In this document: in pieces, positions 58,851-64,000 of the stretch
Layout of the letters: each line of letters starts with the position of its first letter
Position numbering within the stretch: the stretch's first letter is position 1
Assembly (NCBI RefSeq): GCF_009914755.1
Contig: NC_060940.1
DNA: 64,000 bases
Origin: the human T2T-CHM13v2.0 reference genome, Homo sapiens
Reading direction: 5' to 3' (one strand)
Translations under genes and position numbers: made by a program
The notes under the pieces: model-generated
What the model saw: the letters and a program-made list of their open reading frames with translations, nothing else
The model's database searches: none
Told to the model about the DNA's origin: nothing

Positions 58851-60351
58851 ATGACCTTCCACCAAAGGATTTCCCATTGTTTCTGAGAGTGAGTGTATTT
58901 ATATAAAGAAGTTTTCTAACCAAAGAGAAATCTGTTGGATCAAAAAATAGAATGATCAGTAGGGTTTAGTAGCTATTTAGGAAATTTTCTGAATTCAAAC
59001 CAATTGAATCTGAGTTCAGTTGGTTTTTGTTAATGTGGTGTATCTTGTTCGATTAAGCCTTCATTTTAAAATTAAAGGTGTCTTAAATGGAGTTGCATTG
59101 TTTGACCTTAGAGAGATCAATTGTGTGTATCAGACCAAACAAAATTCACCATATTCAACAATTGTCCTAGCACCCATCTCCCCTCCCCACTCCCGACAAC
59201 CATCATGACAAAAGTGCGGGAGGAAAATTCTTGACATTAGCAGACAGCATGCTCTGAAGCAAGTAAGAGAAGGATAATTCAATATAGTACTCGTCAGTGG
59301 GCGTCTGGTCCTGCCCATTTTTCCTGGCTCTGACATTTCATCATGCTGAGTGAGATTCCATTTCTAAACTTGGTGTCATTCATGCAACATGGCCCCAAGT
59401 ATAGGACAACTACTTAATCTGTTGTTGCTCAAAGAAGGTGCAATGCATTACAATGCTAGAGAGAAAAGTGTTCATAGGAACCTAAAGAGACAGTGTGTTG
59501 ACACCAACATGGGACCTCCCTAAGCAAGTTGCTGAGATTTGATTATGTGTGATTTCTGCCTTATGTGCCCACTTTGGATGTAACCCTGATGTCAGGTGTG
59601 GCTCTTGGAAACGACACCATTTTCTGTTGTGCAGGTATCATTGCTGCATCTTCCTCTGGTTGAGGACTTGTTACGTGGACTTTTGAATTATCTTCTTTGT
59701 ACATGGGGGGATGGCAGTATTTCTCTGATTGTGATCTGTGAACTTGCCACAGGATCATCTTGGATCCTGGCTGAGTGTGGAATTTCCAGGCCCACATCTG
59801 ACCTCTCAGGGCTGGCCGTACAATCAGCATTTTAAATGGGCATCTTGGTATTTCCATGGGATTCTCTTGATCTCTATCCACCCTTAACATCCCATCCTAC
59901 TTTCTGCTTGTTAAGACTCAGGATACTTCTGGGACTGCTCTATGGAATGGGTTCTTAGGAATTCTAAATGTATTTGCATTTCAAAGACTGATGAGAAAGG
60001 GACACCTGTCCAGGTAAGACAAGTCATCGGTTTCCAACTCCAGCAATAAGAACTTAGTTTATCAGATGTACTGTCTAACTAGTAGAGGTGTGTTCACTGT
60101 CTTCCTTAAAATGAAGCCAGGTTGATGTGACTAAATTTTGATTTGATTTGCTGCGTTTTATGTGGTGGCTTATACTTGAATGTCTCTATAATATCTCCCT
60201 GTGTATTTTAGAGAGCGTGAATTAAAACAGCTGCCTTGTACATTGTAAGTGTTCAAAAATAGTTTGTAAAGTGTTAGAATAAGGGCTTCATAGCCACAAG
60301 GAGGGTCTCAGAAGGTGATTTGGCTAGATTATAAAACACAAATATTAACTT

Positions 60352-60712
<361 letters not shown>

Positions 60713-61599
60713 TGACTTATTTATTTGTAAATTATCCTGTTCTCCACATATATACTTTTAAAAAGCACTTCAAAATTTCAGTGTGGTTATTCAATGGCCA
60801 TCGAAGTTTGTTATTCTCCCAGAATGGTCTTATCTTTTACAAGCGAGATCTAAGAAAGCACATACAGAGGCCTGAAAAGTTGATTTCCCTCCTTGGAGGA
60901 GTTCCTGATTTAACTTCAGAAATCCACAAGAGCTGACATCTCTTCATGTCCAACCACAAAATGGGTAGAAAATGATGAAATGCAGAAGAGGCTTCTAAGT
61001 CTTGGTCTGCTTCTGTGATAGAACAGGAGAGAAGCAGCATTTTATTTTTACCATTATTAGCCAGCCTGTCAGTCACTTAAAATTTTTCCGTGAAGACACA
61101 AAGCTAAGTTTTGAATACTCTGTGTCACTGCTTCCAGCTGATATTATAAAAGGCAGTGGTGAGGATTTCAGCTAAAAAAAGATTCGTTGTTTTAGAAGCC
61201 CAGCCTGAAGTAAGACAGTGCCATAGACACGACCACACCAGAGGGCAGGTGGTTCACAAAGGGCCTTGCATTCTTCTTTGCTCTTGTTTACTTTACATGA
61301 GGGCAAGGAGTCTCAGAAGCGTAAGATATAATACTACACTAGACAGGCAAGCAGACCTAATGTGCAAAGTCTCATGTTGGCTATATAGGTAGTTTATATG
61401 TCAGTTCCAATTATGAATACATTCCTCAGCAACTAGAGGTTTCTCATTCATTCTTACTGAACTGTTAGGGCATGTGGCAGCCCAGAGCTCTGTCAAAATG
61501 AATTGTCCCCCTTGAAAAGTTGGCAATGCAAGGAAGTGACAACCTAATGCATGTTAGCACTCTTGATAACAGGACCCAGAGGAGACGGCGAAGCAACAA

Positions 61600-61810
61600 T
61601 TGGGTATGTGTCTGGGCACTGGCTGTTGTTCCTGCCTGGGTTCAAATCTCCTCTCTGCCGCTTATGATCTGTGTGCATTTACAAGTTTGTTAGCCCCCTT
61701 ACCTCTTTGTTCCTTATAAGGTTGTCGTGCAAATTACATGAAATGATGTTACAGGTGTAAGCCAATGCCTGACACGCATATGTATTCTACAGTAATCATT
61801 ATCAAAGTGG
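61600..61810 (+). mobile_element. MIR fragment
   Basis: 'ctgcctgggttcaaatctcctctctgccgctta...atgaaatgatg...aatgcctgacacgca'. Confidence 0.7.
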
Positions 61811-63165
61811 TAAGCAGGAACCAGTGCCATTTCACAACTATCAGGTACTCTTCTGGGTACTCATCATGAAAGACTGCAGTGTTCCATTTATAGGCATTGG
61901 TTGGTGGTTTACTAAAGAGTGTGTTTTTGTCCAAGAAGTTCACTCACTACATTTTGCTCAACCAGTCCTCTCATTTGCGGCGATTTTTTTTTCTTTGAGC
62001 GTCCCTTGTTGTGCAGCATAAACATCTGGGCTGCATGGTCAGACCCATGAGGCTTCTCTTCCATCTGGCCACCTGTTATATAATTAAGCCTGATTGCAGA
62101 TGCGATTCTCATTTAGCTGTCAGCAGCAGCCTGGGAGACTAGCAACTGAGGTGAATAAAGTTAGCTCACCACATCTACAAGGGTAGAAGGGCTGAAGCGA
62201 AGGGTTGACCAGCCAGGACAACAAAGGTTATTGCTTATGGCAGTGTCAGCCTAAGAGCTCAAGTTCAAGATCAGAAGCATGAGAGGGTAAGACCTCTAGG
62301 GGAGTCTGCATAGGTCCAGGTGAAACCCTGGATGTCTCTTGATTGTCAGAGCATGTAAATGATTTTTCCGTGAGGATAGAATTTGACAGTCAGTGCTAGA
62401 AAGGGCTTCAGAGTTTGGTAAGTCTCTTTGGTGGACTGCATGGATAGATGTGAAAAGATAAACCAAATCAAAATGTATATTCCATTGAATCATGACAAAT
62501 TCGCATTGGTAATGCGAATGATAGAATATTATAGGTTATGCTTAAGTGCTTTACCTGTGGAAGTTACTTATCAGAACTCCAAATTTTCAGGGGCATTTGC
62601 ACAGCCAGTAATTGTGCAGGAGATCCAACTCACATCCAGCTCAGCTTAACTGCTTCTTGATGCTTTCAAGCATTATGCTATTTATTTCAGTGTCTTATGT
62701 TTCAGAACTAAAGAAATGTTGAATTAAATTCCCCACTATATGCCGTCAGTGTTTCAGAAAAAAAAAAAAGAAAAAGAAAAAGAAATGAGCAAGGCAGGTG
62801 GATTTCTGGCAAAGTTTTGTTTTCATTTCTGTCTGATAGAAATGGGAGCACTTCCTAAACCAAAAGAGCATTTTTTTTGGTAGAAATAGCCATTTATTAA
62901 AAACCATAAATCTGTTATGGCTGGTTGGTGAGCATACCTTACAGTTTAATTGTACCAAGTTGAAAGTGGACACATACCAGGATAGGCACACCTCATTGTT
63001 CCACATGTGGCTTCAGTGCTTTAATGTGAATTATAAGTACATAAGTAAAGTACATATTATTTATGCATATGTTGTATTTATGACCTTTGGGATGCATCAG
63101 AGGTTGCTTAGGCTCGTTGTTCTGGGTCTTTCAGGATCTAGATTTTCTATCCTGATTCTTCCTTT

Positions 63166-63205
<40 letters not shown>

Positions 63206-63814
63206 TCAGTTGAGGAACTCACTCAGCTCACTCAGTGCAATACTATAATGGGAAGAGTTCCATGATGCTGCCATTCCAGTTATAAAATGGCTTCTTTTAG
63301 TCATCGTACAAGCCAGCAGTTATGGACAGTGTTTCTCTAAATGTTAGTAATAAAGTGTAGCAGGTTTCATATCAGTATACTAATTCTACCAAAAGCCATT
63401 TTCAGTCCCATTGACATTTGAATTCTGCCCATGCAAATTAGTGGAACTTGCCATCACCCTTGGCCTATAATGCCCCATACCAAGCATCACCAGCCCAGTG
63501 CTTCTCAGTCTTGGCTGCAAATGATCGAGCTATAAAAATACTGCTACCTGGGACCTGCCCCTCAGTTCCTCTGATTTAACTAGTAAAATCAGAGGGAGGT
63601 TTGAGCATCAGGATTTCTAAACTTTCAGATTTTCAGTTGGGCGTGTAGTGGGGTGGGTTAGGGGGAGGTAATGTCTCCAAATGGAAATGTCTTTTTGGTT
63701 AAAATAAAGTAGAAAGACCAAATAAGTGATATTTGGGGAGAGCAATGAATATTCTAAAACCAATCAATGGGAATTGTCATTTTATGGTTCTCCTGAATGT
63801 GAGTGTCCAAAGTC

Positions 63815-63966
63815 CTCGTTATTCAAAGTGTGGTCCAAAGACCAGCCTCACTTGGTAACTGTTAGAAATGCAGACTGTTATGTTCCAGACACACCTACTG
63901 GATCAGAATGTGCACTTTACCACGACTTCCAGGTGATTTCATGTACTTTGAGTTAGAGAAGCACTG
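63815..63966. mobile_element. MER5A hAT MITE
   Basis: 'tcaaagtgtggtcc...tgttagaaatgcaga...cctactggatcagaat...gagaagcactg'. Confidence 0.8.
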
Positions 63967-64000
63967 TCCTAGTCACAGTGATGAGGAGGGTGATAAGAGT

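Noticed and set aside
63639-63665. G-rich stretch containing GGGTTAGGG
   Set aside because: Single telomere-like unit, not an interstitial telomeric array; only a marginal G4

Overview
Primate (human-like) non-coding genomic DNA, intronic or intergenic. It is dominated by interspersed repeats: about 30 Alu/FLAM elements, about 12 LINE-1 fragments of several ages, MaLR/ERVL LTRs (MLT1, MST, MLT2), hAT DNA-transposon relics (MER58A x4, MER20, MER1, MER5, MER113), MIR/L2 relics and microsatellites. No protein-coding gene, RNA gene or CRISPR array can be supported; the ORF-track entries are Alu-, L1- or microsatellite-derived or chance ORFs. I could not identify the locus and found no evidence of a new multi-gene system. 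The most notable structures are: (1) a PATRR-like element at 25202-25760 with 85-bp inverted arms around a 26-bp palindromic AT-rich minisatellite; (2) an MLT1 LTR split across opposite strands, implying an old ~1.15-kb inversion (47255-48497); (3) a twin-primed, 5'-inverted L1PA with a 15-bp TSD; (4) a 74-bp tandem duplication interrupted by an AluY; (5) small perfect hairpins at 4456-4501 and 49387-49433; (6) a TG/TGCATG-rich tract; (7) repeat-free, motif-rich blocks that may be conserved enhancers. Repeat subfamily calls were made by eye from recalled consensus sequences, and boundaries are approximate (about +/-10 bp).
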